Shown one piece after another: positions 1-7,706 of a stretch of DNA of 12,319 nucleotides (position 1 is its first letter; the number at the start of each line of letters is the position of its first letter). A model generated the notes under the pieces. It did not search any database, was not told where the DNA came from, and worked only from the letters and a program-made list of their open reading frames with translations. Source of the DNA: Candidatus Micrarchaeota archaeon (GTDB lineage: Archaea; B1Sed10-29); assembly GCA_964388265.1 (NCBI GenBank), contig CAYLXZ010000023.1, positions 1 to 12,319 of the forward strand, written 5' to 3'. Both the position numbers and the translations under genes were made by a program.

Positions 1-1
1 C

Positions 2-463
2 CAATGGACAGCGATGACAGGGCACCAGCCTAATCCAGGTACAGGAGAAACAGGAATGGGAGAAGAAGTAACTCCGATAAAGATAGAGGACGTGGCGGAG
101 TCAATGGGAGCCGAAGTAGAGATAGCAAAAGCCTTCAGCCAACAGGACCTCGTGAATAAACTTGAGAAAATGAAGAAGAAGGATGGATTAAGGGTACTCA
201 TAAGCAAGGGACAATGCAGGCTAGTTACCAAAAGACAGAAAAGAAGAAAGAAAGAACCGATCGTTAAATTCGAAATAGATCAAGATAAATGCCAGAAATG
301 CGGAGTATGCACAGATGAATTCGCCTGCCCAGCAATAAAGAAAGAACACAAAGAAGATGGAGAAACAATATACAAAATAGACTCTGAAATATGCCTAGGA
401 TGCAGCGTATGCAGCCAAATATGCCCACACAACGCTATAAAACCAAAAAAAGGTGAAGAATAA
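2..463 (+). CDS. iorA: Indolepyruvate:ferredoxin oxidoreductase alpha subunit, C-terminal part (5' end lies upstream of the window)
   Basis: The frame is open from the window edge (QWTAMTGHQPNPG, the end of the TPP-binding motif). Two ferredoxin motifs follow (CQKCGVC..CPAI and CLGCSVCSQICP). The stop overlaps the iorB start (TAATG at 461-465). Confidence 0.92.
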   Translation, partial: QWTAMTGHQPNPGTGETGMGEEVTPIKIEDVAESMGAEVEIAKAFSQQDLVNKLEKMKKKDGLRVLISKGQCRLVTKRQKRRKKEPIVKFEIDQDKCQKCGVCTDEFACPAIKKEHKEDGETIYKIDSEICLGCSVCSQICPHNAIKPKKGEE

Positions 464-1065
464 TGAAGTTTGACTTAATGCTCACTGGAGTAGGAGGAGA
501 AGGAGTACTAACCACAGGAGTAGTGGTAATGCGAGCAGCTCAAGAACAAGACCTATACACCAGAGGAGTACAGCTACATGGACTAGCACAGAGAGGAGGA
601 ACCATCCCAACCTACGTGAGGTTCGGAGATGAAGAAGAGATTCATTCACCCGCTCCAATGAAAGCTGACTGTGACCTAGTAATGGCTTTCGAGCCAATAG
701 AAGCCGTAAGAGCAGTTAAATATGCAAGGAAAGATAAAACAAAGTTCATAATCAACGACTACCCATACATGCCCATATACGGAAACCTATCCGATGCAGC
801 CTATCCCGACATGGAAGAGATAAAGAACAGGATAGAGCCATTTGCAAAAGATATAAAAGTATACGATGCAGATGAAAGATCCAGAGAAGAATTCGGAAAC
901 ATAATATACGGTAACGTCATGCTCATAGGGACAGCAATAGGAGCAGAAGAACTTCCAATAAAGAAAAAGAACATGGAGAAAGCCATAAAGAAAATGGTTC
1001 CCAGAGAGATAGACAAGAACCTAGAAGCCCTTGAAATAGGACTAAAACTAGGTAGAGAAAAATAA
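463..1065 (+). CDS. iorB: Indolepyruvate:ferredoxin oxidoreductase beta subunit (POR gamma-like family)
   Basis: GVGGEG and HGLAQRGG motifs, 'FEPIEAVR' and 'N..LIG'. AAGGTGA RBS upstream. Translationally coupled to iorA. Confidence 0.92.
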   Translation: MKFDLMLTGVGGEGVLTTGVVVMRAAQEQDLYTRGVQLHGLAQRGGTIPTYVRFGDEEEIHSPAPMKADCDLVMAFEPIEAVRAVKYARKDKTKFIINDYPYMPIYGNLSDAAYPDMEEIKNRIEPFAKDIKVYDADERSREEFGNIIYGNVMLIGTAIGAEELPIKKKNMEKAIKKMVPREIDKNLEALEIGLKLGREK

Positions 1066-1075
1066 CTTTTAAATA
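1060..1075 (+). promoter_or_regulatory. Archaeal TATA box for a leaderless msrQ-like gene
   Basis: AATAACTTTTAAATA lies about 25 nt upstream of ATG 1100, with no SD in between. Confidence 0.5.
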
Positions 1076-1099
1076 AAAGAAAAGATTGCTGATATAACG

Positions 1100-1729
1100 A
1101 TGGATAAAGTAATCGATGCCCAGAACACCTTAATACAGCACCTCATAGTAGGAGCATTCTCACTCGGACTAGCACTCATACTGAACTACTTTTTAGGCTT
1201 AGGATGGTCATCCGCCTTTGGAAGAGTATCCTTCATACTACTGTTCCTAACTCTAGTTATAGCTCCCCTGATGAGATTCAAGAAACCAAGCAAGTCCTCT
1301 GAACCCTTTAAATCACCTTGGTGCTGGAGAGGAGAACTCGGAATATGGTTCGTGATCACAGGAATAATCCACGCCTATTTTGCAGTGGCAGGACAGAGTC
1401 TCTCAGTAGTCTTTGGACAAGGAGGACATGGACTAGCTAACCTAATGGGAGCAGTAGCTCTAGCATGGGGGATAGTACTCGCATTAACTTCTTACAATAA
1501 AGCAATACGCGCAATAGGAATCGAGTCATGGAAATGGCTCCATAAGTTCACGTACGTGGTATTCTACCTCGTAGCCTTCCATTTGATCTACTTCCAGTTC
1601 TTCTCAGAGTTCCATGTAAAGAGCCTAGGCAGACCAGACTGGTTTGGATACACAGCAGTAGCCATGACCGTGCTAGTAGTTGCACTGCAGATAGCAGCAT
1701 TTCTCAAGAGCGTTCTCCAAGAAGAATAA
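1100..1729 (+). CDS. MsrQ/YedZ-like ferric reductase transmembrane, heme b-binding protein
   Basis: About six hydrophobic helices, WRGELG, a His in IIHAY, LALTS, and WKWLHKFTY..FHL (heme-ligand His pattern of the family). Confidence 0.8.
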   Translation: MDKVIDAQNTLIQHLIVGAFSLGLALILNYFLGLGWSSAFGRVSFILLFLTLVIAPLMRFKKPSKSSEPFKSPWCWRGELGIWFVITGIIHAYFAVAGQSLSVVFGQGGHGLANLMGAVALAWGIVLALTSYNKAIRAIGIESWKWLHKFTYVVFYLVAFHLIYFQFFSEFHVKSLGRPDWFGYTAVAMTVLVVALQIAAFLKSVLQEE

Positions 1730-1761
1730 CCTCTGTAACTTATTCTCCAGTTATCTTTCCT

Positions 1762-1782
1762 CCTGCAAAAAGTTTTTTATTC
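1762..1782 (+). promoter_or_regulatory. Conserved BRE/TATA-variant promoter, copy 1
   Basis: CCTGCAAAAAGTTTTTTATTC, 29 nt before ATG 1812. Near-identical copies at 3321, 8794 and 10915. Confidence 0.7.
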
Positions 1783-1811
1783 ATCCTGTACATAATCTAA
1801 ACGTGTTAACC

Positions 1812-2399
1812 ATGAGTAAGAAAGAGAAAAGAACCCAGGAAAAAAAGAAAAAATCCGCTGAGAAAGATAAGAGAGAATGGTTCGAAAAAAGAGCGGGAAA
1901 GGAAAAAGGAAAACAGATACAGCTACCGATCGAAGCAGATAGCAAGTCATTAAGCGAAGAATGGATGAGAGAAGAAATAGAAAAACTAAGAGAGAAGTTT
2001 AAAGAAACTGAAGAAAGCTCGGAACTGAAAGAAGGAAGATTCAAAGAAGAAATCAAAGGATTCATGGAAAAATTCAGAGGAAGAGGAGGAAGAATAGTAA
2101 TAAACGAAGAAGAACTCGAAAAAGAGGTCGAATCCCTAAGAAAAGAACTAATGGACAGAGCAGAAAAGATAAAAGAATCAGAAAAAAGACTTAAAAACAT
2201 ATCCCAAGACAAAAAAAGCACCCTAGACTCCAGGAAAGTCTTAAATAATACCTTAAAAACTAGTAGAAAAAACTTCGTGCTTGCAGAGAAAAAACTAGAA
2301 GCACTGAAAGACTTCAGAGAAAAAGTATTTCCAGAGAAAAATCTAGAGAAGAAACTAGATTTAGAACGACCTGAAAAGGAACTGAAAAAGAAAAAATAG
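1812..2399 (+). CDS. K/E-rich orphan coiled-coil protein with polybasic N-terminus (195 aa)
   Basis: Purine-rich coding strand. ATG 1812 is preferred over GTG 1803 because the GTG sits within the SD-like ACGTG and the promoter spacing fits. No recognisable domain. Confidence 0.75.
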   Translation: MSKKEKRTQEKKKKSAEKDKREWFEKRAGKEKGKQIQLPIEADSKSLSEEWMREEIEKLREKFKETEESSELKEGRFKEEIKGFMEKFRGRGGRIVINEEELEKEVESLRKELMDRAEKIKESEKRLKNISQDKKSTLDSRKVLNNTLKTSRKNFVLAEKKLEALKDFREKVFPEKNLEKKLDLERPEKELKKKK

Positions 2400-2432
2400 A
2401 GTTTCACTCTCCACCAAAAGGATGATGAATCC

Positions 2433-3110
2433 ATGAAGAAAAGTAAAGAAGATAGATACTGGGAGATAGATTTCTTAAGAGGAATTGCAGTAATACTCAT
2501 GATAGGGTTCCACTTTCTCTTTGACCTACATCTATTCAACTTAACTGATTTTAGAGTTCCAAACGAATTCGCCTACCTAATCGCAACAATGTTCCTATTG
2601 CTTGTGGGGATATCTTACAACATAAGCTACAGCAGAGGCCACGACGGAAAATACTACTTGAAGAGAGGGTTGAAGATCTTCTCTTGGGGTTTAATCATCA
2701 CAGGGATAACCTGGATAGCCTTCCCAGAGAACGTTATAGTCTTCGGTATCCTACACCTCATAGGGATCTCAGTTATCCTTGTCTATCCACTAATGGAATA
2801 TAAACACCTTAACTTAGTTCTAGGATCCATTTCAATCGCTCTGGGAGTAGTTTTCTACAGTTCTATTCAGAGTTTAATTCATTTCCCAACATTCGACTAC
2901 TTCCCTCTATTACCATGGATAGGAGTAGTCCTAATAGGGTTATGGCTAGGTAAAATACTGTATCCAGATGGAGAAAGAAGATTCAACATCCCTGAAGGAT
3001 ATAATTCCTTTATCAAAGGTTTCTGTCTTCTAGGTAGGAACTCTCTGTTGATTTACCTGGTTCACCAACCAGTGCTCGTAGCTGCTATATTAGCATTGTT
3101 GAATCTATGA
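2433..3110 (+). CDS. DUF1624 / heparan-alpha-glucosaminide N-acetyltransferase-like membrane protein
   Basis: RYWEIDFLRGIAVILMIGFH, FGILHLIG, DYFPLLPW and LGRNSLLIYLVHQP motifs. Confidence 0.88.
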   Translation: MKKSKEDRYWEIDFLRGIAVILMIGFHFLFDLHLFNLTDFRVPNEFAYLIATMFLLLVGISYNISYSRGHDGKYYLKRGLKIFSWGLIITGITWIAFPENVIVFGILHLIGISVILVYPLMEYKHLNLVLGSISIALGVVFYSSIQSLIHFPTFDYFPLLPWIGVVLIGLWLGKILYPDGERRFNIPEGYNSFIKGFCLLGRNSLLIYLVHQPVLVAAILALLNL

Positions 3111-3155
3111 AGAAATCCACTTAGATTTATAAAGATTGAATAGATTACTTTACAT

Positions 3156-3293
3156 ATGGATCTTTCAAAACTCGGATACCTAGGATTCCTAGGGTTCTCA
3201 GGATTCCTCGGGTTCATAGGAGAACCCTGGATGTACAACCTATTCTTCCTATTCTTCCTGTTCTTCCTAGGTTTCCTGCCAGAGAATAAATAA
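3156..3293 (+). CDS. Small hydrophobic membrane peptide, 45 aa (resembles the DUF3796 N-terminus)
   Basis: Translated by hand: MDLSKLGYLGFLGFSGFLGFIGEPWMYNLFFLFFLFFLGFLPENK. TATA (TTTATAAA at 3126-3133) lies about 22 nt upstream, consistent with a leaderless transcript. Wobble positions vary among the repeated codons. Confidence 0.72.
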   Translation: MDLSKLGYLGFLGFSGFLGFIGEPWMYNLFFLFFLFFLGFLPENK

Positions 3294-3320
3294 ACAAGAA
3301 ACACAGCGAAACAGAAAATT

Positions 3321-3340
3321 CTTACAAAAGTTTTTTATTC
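3321..3340 (+). promoter_or_regulatory. Conserved BRE/TATA-variant promoter, copy 2
   Basis: CTTACAAAAGTTTTTTATTC, 31 nt before ATG 3372. Confidence 0.68.
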
Positions 3341-3371
3341 ACTCTACCTATAATATCTACAGGTGCATGGA

Positions 3372-4127
3372 ATGGTTAAGAAACCTGAAGATAAGAAGAA
3401 AAAAATCGAGGAAGCCAAGAAGAGAAAGAATAAAGAGAGACAGAGATGGGAGAAGGTGAAGAAGCAAGATGAGAAACTAGGAGAAGCCAAAGCCATACTA
3501 CCTTCACCATACGAAGGAGAAAGACTGATAATGAGAGAAAGAAAAGGAGAAGAAGCAATAGAGATAAATATGGTTAGAGAAAACACCGAAGGAGAGAAAG
3601 AAAGAGTTGGAAAAACAGTTGTAAAGAAGAAAGGAGAAAGAAAAGGAGGAAAAGAAGAATCCTATGAAGTGAGATCCGTGGAAGTGAAAGAACCCTACAG
3701 AAGATCCAACATAGCCACATCCATGGAATCAATCGCAAGAAAAGCCGTTAAGGAAGATGCTGGGAAAAAGAAACCTCTCTACGAGTTCGAGTTAACCGAG
3801 AAAGGAAAGAAATTCATGGAAAACAGAGGAATGGATGAAGAGAATGTGAAGCAAGCAGTAGAAAATAAGTTAATAAACCCGGAGAAGCTGGAAGAACAAG
3901 AAATATACATCAAACAAGGAAAAGAAGAAAAAGCAATAGAACCAAAGGAGGCTGCAGAGCAGATAATGAAAGGTAAAGAGATTGAAACCATGATTGAGAA
4001 AGGAGAAATACAGAAAAGCAACTACCAAGAGGTAATGGAGAAACTTAAAGATAAAGGAGAAAATATGAAGGCCTATAGAGTGAAAGGGAAGATAGAGAAG
4101 AAAGACAGCGGGGAATTAAACCTTTGA
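3372..4127 (+). CDS. K/E-rich protein with a central GNAT-like acetyltransferase domain (251 aa)
   Basis: AGGTG SD at 3361-3365 favours ATG 3372. VRSVEVKEPYRRSNIATSM resembles GNAT motif A, and LTEKGKKFMENRGM resembles motif B. Confidence 0.65.
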   Translation: MVKKPEDKKKKIEEAKKRKNKERQRWEKVKKQDEKLGEAKAILPSPYEGERLIMRERKGEEAIEINMVRENTEGEKERVGKTVVKKKGERKGGKEESYEVRSVEVKEPYRRSNIATSMESIARKAVKEDAGKKKPLYEFELTEKGKKFMENRGMDEENVKQAVENKLINPEKLEEQEIYIKQGKEEKAIEPKEAAEQIMKGKEIETMIEKGEIQKSNYQEVMEKLKDKGENMKAYRVKGKIEKKDSGELNL

Positions 4128-4131
4128 AAGG

Positions 4132-4482
4132 TCAAGACTTCAGTTTCTTTTCGAGTTTTTTAATTTCTTCTTCTTTTTCTTCGATTTCTTGCTTTAATTC
4201 AAAGCATTCTCTTGTTGACTTATTTCTTATCATCTCTTCTGAAAAATTTCTTTCTTCTTTCTTTTTTAGGGTACCGAGCTCTTCAGATGCTTTGTGTTTC
4301 TCCATCAATTTCTTTCTTTTTTCTTGTAATTCTTCTTTGAGTTTTTTTAGTTTCTTTTTCTTCTGTTTCTTACCTCTTTTCAGCTCTTCGTATGTTTTTC
4401 CTGCTTTTCTTCCCTTTGGATGGATCTCTCCCTGCATGTCTGCTTGTTTCTTCTTTTTCTTTTTTTCATTGGACACAGGCAT
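4132..4482 (-). CDS. K/E-rich orphan coiled-coil protein (116 aa)
   Basis: Purine-rich coding strand, GTGG SD-like site, upstream TTTTTAAA box and a polybasic N-terminus. Convergent with 3372..4127. Confidence 0.7.
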   Translation of the reverse strand: MPVSNEKKKKKKQADMQGEIHPKGRKAGKTYEELKRGKKQKKKKLKKLKEELQEKRKKLMEKHKASEELGTLKKKEERNFSEEMIRNKSTRECFELKQEIEEKEEEIKKLEKKLKS

Positions 4483-4529
4483 TTGACCACTACTTAAAGT
4501 AGGTTTTTCTTCTTTAAAAATAGATTGTT

Positions 4530-5084
4530 TTACAGGTTGTTTTGAACTTCTTTTATTAATTTCTCTGGTTCTTTATCCGCGTTTATAACAAGGTCCGCGT
4601 GTTTCTTTGTTGGTTTTATGTATTTCTCGTATGCGGGATACACTTGTTCGTGGAAGTACTCTTCATCTGTGTCTATGTTTCCTTCTCTGAATCTTTTCAT
4701 CCGTCTCTTTAGCTGTTCTTGTTTCGGTATATCTAGAAATATTGATTTATCAAGTATCTTCCGGATTCCTTCATGGTGTAGTATCATGAAACCATCCACT
4801 AGGATTGTTGAAACAGGTTCAATGGTTTTTTCTCTGGTTATTTCGTTCTTGATTTTATCGTATCTTGGAATTGTTACTTTTTTGCCTTTTTTAAGTTTCT
4901 GTAGAGCTTTGTGGGCTTGTTTGAACTTGATTGCGTCTGGGTGATCGTAGTTGCCTTCCTTTCCCCCTGGTTTGTAGAAGTTGTCGAGGGAGAGTCTTTT
5001 TACTCCGTTTTGTTCTTCTAGCGTTCTGCATACCGTGCTTTTACCCGAGCACGATGGACCGGTTACTCCTATCAGTTTAACCAT
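4530..5084 (-). CDS. udk: Uridine kinase (P-loop nucleoside kinase)
   Basis: IGVTGPSCSGKST Walker A, LDNFY, NYDHPDA, IPRYD, and YIKPTKKHAD motifs. Confidence 0.88.
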   Translation of the reverse strand: MVKLIGVTGPSCSGKSTVCRTLEEQNGVKRLSLDNFYKPGGKEGNYDHPDAIKFKQAHKALQKLKKGKKVTIPRYDKIKNEITREKTIEPVSTILVDGFMILHHEGIRKILDKSIFLDIPKQEQLKRRMKRFREGNIDTDEEYFHEQVYPAYEKYIKPTKKHADLVINADKEPEKLIKEVQNNL

Positions 5085-5106
5085 TGTAATGATAAGTGGG
5101 GTCGTG

Positions 5107-5123
5107 GAATAAAAAATTTCCAG
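5107..5123 (-). promoter_or_regulatory. BRE/TATA-variant promoter for leaderless udk
   Basis: Minus-strand CTGGAAATTTTTTATTC lies 22 nt before ATG 5084. It shares the TTTTTTATTC core with the orphan promoters. Confidence 0.55.
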
Positions 5124-5166
5124 TATTTAAAAAGTCTGATTAATTCTCTTTGGGTTTATTTGGATT

Positions 5167-5757
5167 TTATTCTTTTTCTTTTTTGAATCCGCCTTTTTCT
5201 AGTCTTTCTTTTACTTTTTCTAGGTTAGGAGGAACTTTAAATTTGGCTTGATGAATTTCTTCTTTTGATGTTTCTCTAGCTCTCTTTAAGGCTCTGTTGA
5301 GTGTTTTCTCCGGGATTTCTAGTTTTTGTTTTAGTTTTTGTTTTGTTATGTCTTCATTTGCTCTGAGTGTGTCTGCTATGTATCTTTCTATGGATTTATT
5401 TAGTGTTTTTTCGGATACGTCTAGTTTCTCTTCTAGTTCTTGTTTTGTTATGTCTTCGTTTACTTCGAGTGTGTCTGCTATGTATCTTTCCTGGAGTTTT
5501 TCATTGTATTCATCGATTTTATCTTTATCTGCTTTCTCGAGCACGTTTTTGAGAGATTCTTCATTTATCTTCTTAGGTGGTTTTATTCCAGCTTCTTTTA
5601 GAGCTTTCTTCACATGATGTTTCTTGGTTAGTGAGCTTGGTTTATTTTTCGGTGACATTCCATGGATCCATTTTGGCCCTGCGGTTGCTTTGGATTCTTC
5701 TCCTCTTTTTTTAAGAGTTTTTAGTTTTCTTTTCTTTTCCTGGGATTTTTTCTCCAT
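5167..5757 (-). CDS. K/E-rich protein with two tandem 34-aa helix-turn-helix-like repeats
   Basis: RYIADTLEVNEDITKQELEEKLDVSEKTLNKSIE / RYIADTLRANEDITKQKLKQKLEIPEKTLNRALK match the HTH pattern 'IT..EL...L.VS..T'. AGGAG SD upstream. Confidence 0.72.
   Translation of the reverse strand: MEKKSQEKKRKLKTLKKRGEESKATAGPKWIHGMSPKNKPSSLTKKHHVKKALKEAGIKPPKKINEESLKNVLEKADKDKIDEYNEKLQERYIADTLEVNEDITKQELEEKLDVSEKTLNKSIERYIADTLRANEDITKQKLKQKLEIPEKTLNRALKRARETSKEEIHQAKFKVPPNLEKVKERLEKGGFKKEKE
5290..5490. repeat. Intragenic 102-bp tandem duplication (two copies)
   Basis: TTTTGTTATGTCTTC...GAGTGTGTCTGCTATGTATCTTTC starts at both 5341 and 5443 (offset 102). Boundaries are approximate. Confidence 0.85.
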
Positions 5758-5768
5758 TGAGGTCTCTC

Positions 5769-6509
5769 CTATTCTTGCGTGGTGTTTTTAACTGTGCATG
5801 TTCCGTTTATGTTTGTGCAGTTTCCTGTTGGTTCTCCTACAACTACTTGGGGGCAGATTGGGTTTTCCGGGCATTCTATAACTGTTTCTTCCGTGTTCAC
5901 GCATTCCCAGTTTGCTCCTGCTTGGGGTGGACAGCAGTTGGTGCTTACCCATCCGCAGCTCTCGTTCTCCGTGGTTTCTTTGACTATTGTTCTTTCCAGT
6001 TTTTTCTCTGTCCAGTTGTTTTTTTCCAGGTAGCTTATCTCGCATCCGTCTTTGGCACCGTATGTGAATTCTCCGTGGGGGCAGGTTAGTTCTTTGTATT
6101 GCTGTGTGCATGTCTGTCCTCTGGATTGGTTCACTGCTTTTCTTATATCTTCTTTGCATCCTTCATCTACATCTGTTTCGTTTAGATGTAGGAAAATGGA
6201 TGTGAGTGTTTTATCTTCGTTCATCGTGATGGTTGTTTCTTTCTCTAGGGTTTCGTGGTCTCCTTCCCATCTTAGGAACATCCATTCTTTCCCTGGTTCT
6301 GCTGTGATGGTTGCTTCTTCTCCTTCTTCGTAGGTGTGATTTCCTTTCATGGGGTTGGTTGAGCCTTCTCCTTCTGTATTTATTGTTAGGGTGTATTCAT
6401 CTGTTTCTGTTTCGTTTCCCGGAGTCATTTCTCCGGATATGCATCCTGTGGCCATTAGAATCCCTAGAGACAGTATGAATCCAACTGCGATGAGTTTATC
6501 ATGGTTCAT
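5769..6509 (-). CDS. Secreted, probably lipid-anchored surface protein: InlB B-repeat-like beta-grasp domain plus Cys-rich domains
   Basis: Signal peptide ending in ATGC. YTLTINTEGEGSTNP..G..TYEEGEEATITAEP...MFLRWEGD matches the divergent InlB B-repeat pattern. A 4-Cys region and an 8-Cys C-terminal region follow, with many N-x-S/T sequons. Confidence 0.75.
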   Translation of the reverse strand: MNHDKLIAVGFILSLGILMATGCISGEMTPGNETETDEYTLTINTEGEGSTNPMKGNHTYEEGEEATITAEPGKEWMFLRWEGDHETLEKETTITMNEDKTLTSIFLHLNETDVDEGCKEDIRKAVNQSRGQTCTQQYKELTCPHGEFTYGAKDGCEISYLEKNNWTEKKLERTIVKETTENESCGWVSTNCCPPQAGANWECVNTEETVIECPENPICPQVVVGEPTGNCTNINGTCTVKNTTQE

Positions 6510-6634
6510 GGTTGATCACATTGAAAATAAGATTCTATAGATTTAAATAATTAATTCTTAATGGTGTTCCCTTACCTCTAATGTAAAAACTTTTTTTTAA
6601 GTCTAAGTGACTAAAGAAAAACGAGGGGGGTTAA

Positions 6635-6870
6635 ATGAGCAAGAGATCTAAAGAAAGGGAGAAGGCAAAAAAGCGGAAGAAAAAGAAGAAAAAAGAGAAA
6701 AAAAGTTCCCATCTCTAAAAATAAGAAATGAAAGACCCAAGGTACTGGAACTAGTAGACACAGGGAAAATACAGAAAAACAACTATAAAGAAGTCTGTGA
6801 AAAACTCAGAGAAGAAGGAATGAAAGCAGATGCATCTCAATTGGAAGCAGAGATGAAAAAACACCACTAA
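6635..6870 (+). pseudogene. Frameshifted K/E-rich orphan gene (pseudogene, recoded gene or assembly error)
   Basis: GAGGGGGG SD and ATG 6635 give 27 aa ending at stop 6716-6718. The -1 frame is open from 6652 to 6870 and encodes GKIQKNNYKEVCEKL, similar to the C-terminus of 3372..4127. Confidence 0.62.
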
Positions 6871-6912
6871 AGAAATTTAAATTCATCAAAGCTAGATTTG
6901 ATCCCTGTTCTC

Positions 6913-7170
6913 TTATCCACTGGTCCTTTCTTCTATTCTCTTCAACAGATCTTGTATCTTCTCGTATTCCAACATTAATTGATTTGCTTCTTTATCTTTT
7001 GCTTTTGGATTTCCCTCTATTCCTTTCATATGGGTTTCAAGCTGTTCATTTATTTTTTCTAAACGTTCCTTTAGTTCCTCTTTCCTTGAATCTAGTTTCT
7101 GGAAGTTTCTATTCTTCACCATCTTATCGATTTTTTTCCTGTTTAAATCAGTTTTATTTTTTAGAGCCAT
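6913..7170 (-). CDS. Small K/E-rich helical orphan protein (85 aa)
   Basis: GAGGTG SD favours ATG 7170. GAAAGTTATTTAAATA promoter at about 7210-7225. Confidence 0.68.
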   Translation of the reverse strand: MALKNKTDLNRKKIDKMVKNRNFQKLDSRKEELKERLEKINEQLETHMKGIEGNPKAKDKEANQLMLEYEKIQDLLKRIEERTSG

Positions 7171-7356
7171 ACATAACACCTCTTATTGCGTATGTATTTA
7201 AGAGCACTCTATTTAAATAACTTTCTTATTTAACTCTGAGAAAATTCAGACACTACATTCCCTTAATCATTTATATTCAAAAACCTTTTATTTAACCAGA
7301 TATAATAGATGCCGTAGCCCTTGACCTGAAAAACTATAAAACCTAAACGTGGTTCC

Positions 7357-7689
7357 ATGTATATAAAGGAAAGACTTAAAGAGATGAGGAAAAGAGCTCG
7401 TGAGAAAGAAAAAAAGGAAATTGAACGAAAAGCAGAAGCTAGAGATCTCCCTATACTCAAGAAGAAAAGAAAGACTAATAAGGAGAAGTCAGGAGAAAGG
7501 AAATCTAAAGCAGATAAAGAAACATCGATACTACTAGCTCCCATGGGACCGAACGAACTTGAGAAAGCGGAAGATTTCCTGAGAAGAAGCAAGATAGACC
7601 ATGAGACTTTAAACCGTTCTCCACAGGAGAGACCTGTCATCAAGGTCAAGAAAGGAGACTACGAGAAACTGATGAAAGGAAAGAGATGA
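7357..7689 (+). CDS. Orphan protein with a charged N-terminal half and a small DUF2007-like alpha/beta C-terminal domain
   Basis: AAACGTGG SD-like site. ELEKAEDFLRRSKID...PVIKVKKGDYEKL resembles the DUF2007 pattern (tentative). Confidence 0.65.
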   Translation: MYIKERLKEMRKRAREKEKKEIERKAEARDLPILKKKRKTNKEKSGERKSKADKETSILLAPMGPNELEKAEDFLRRSKIDHETLNRSPQERPVIKVKKGDYEKLMKGKR

Positions 7690-7706
7690 ATTTCCATTAC
7701 ATTTCT

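Noticed and set aside
3171..3275. 9-bp periodic repeats as a possible CRISPR or VNTR
   Set aside because: There is no repeat-spacer structure. The periodicity is explained by tripeptide coding repeats.
3062..3304. 80-aa minus ORF with RKN/RNP repeats
   Set aside because: It is the antisense mirror of the 45-aa membrane peptide, which has a well-placed TATA. It also overlaps the DUF1624 gene.
5788..6159. 123-aa same-strand alternative-frame ORF inside the lipoprotein gene
   Set aside because: Fully nested in a well-supported CDS, with no independent signals.
6885..7250. Short hairpins ATCAAA-N6-TTTGAT (6885-6902) and TCTGA-N6-TCAGA (7235-7250)
   Set aside because: Stems of 5-6 bp are expected by chance in AT-rich DNA.
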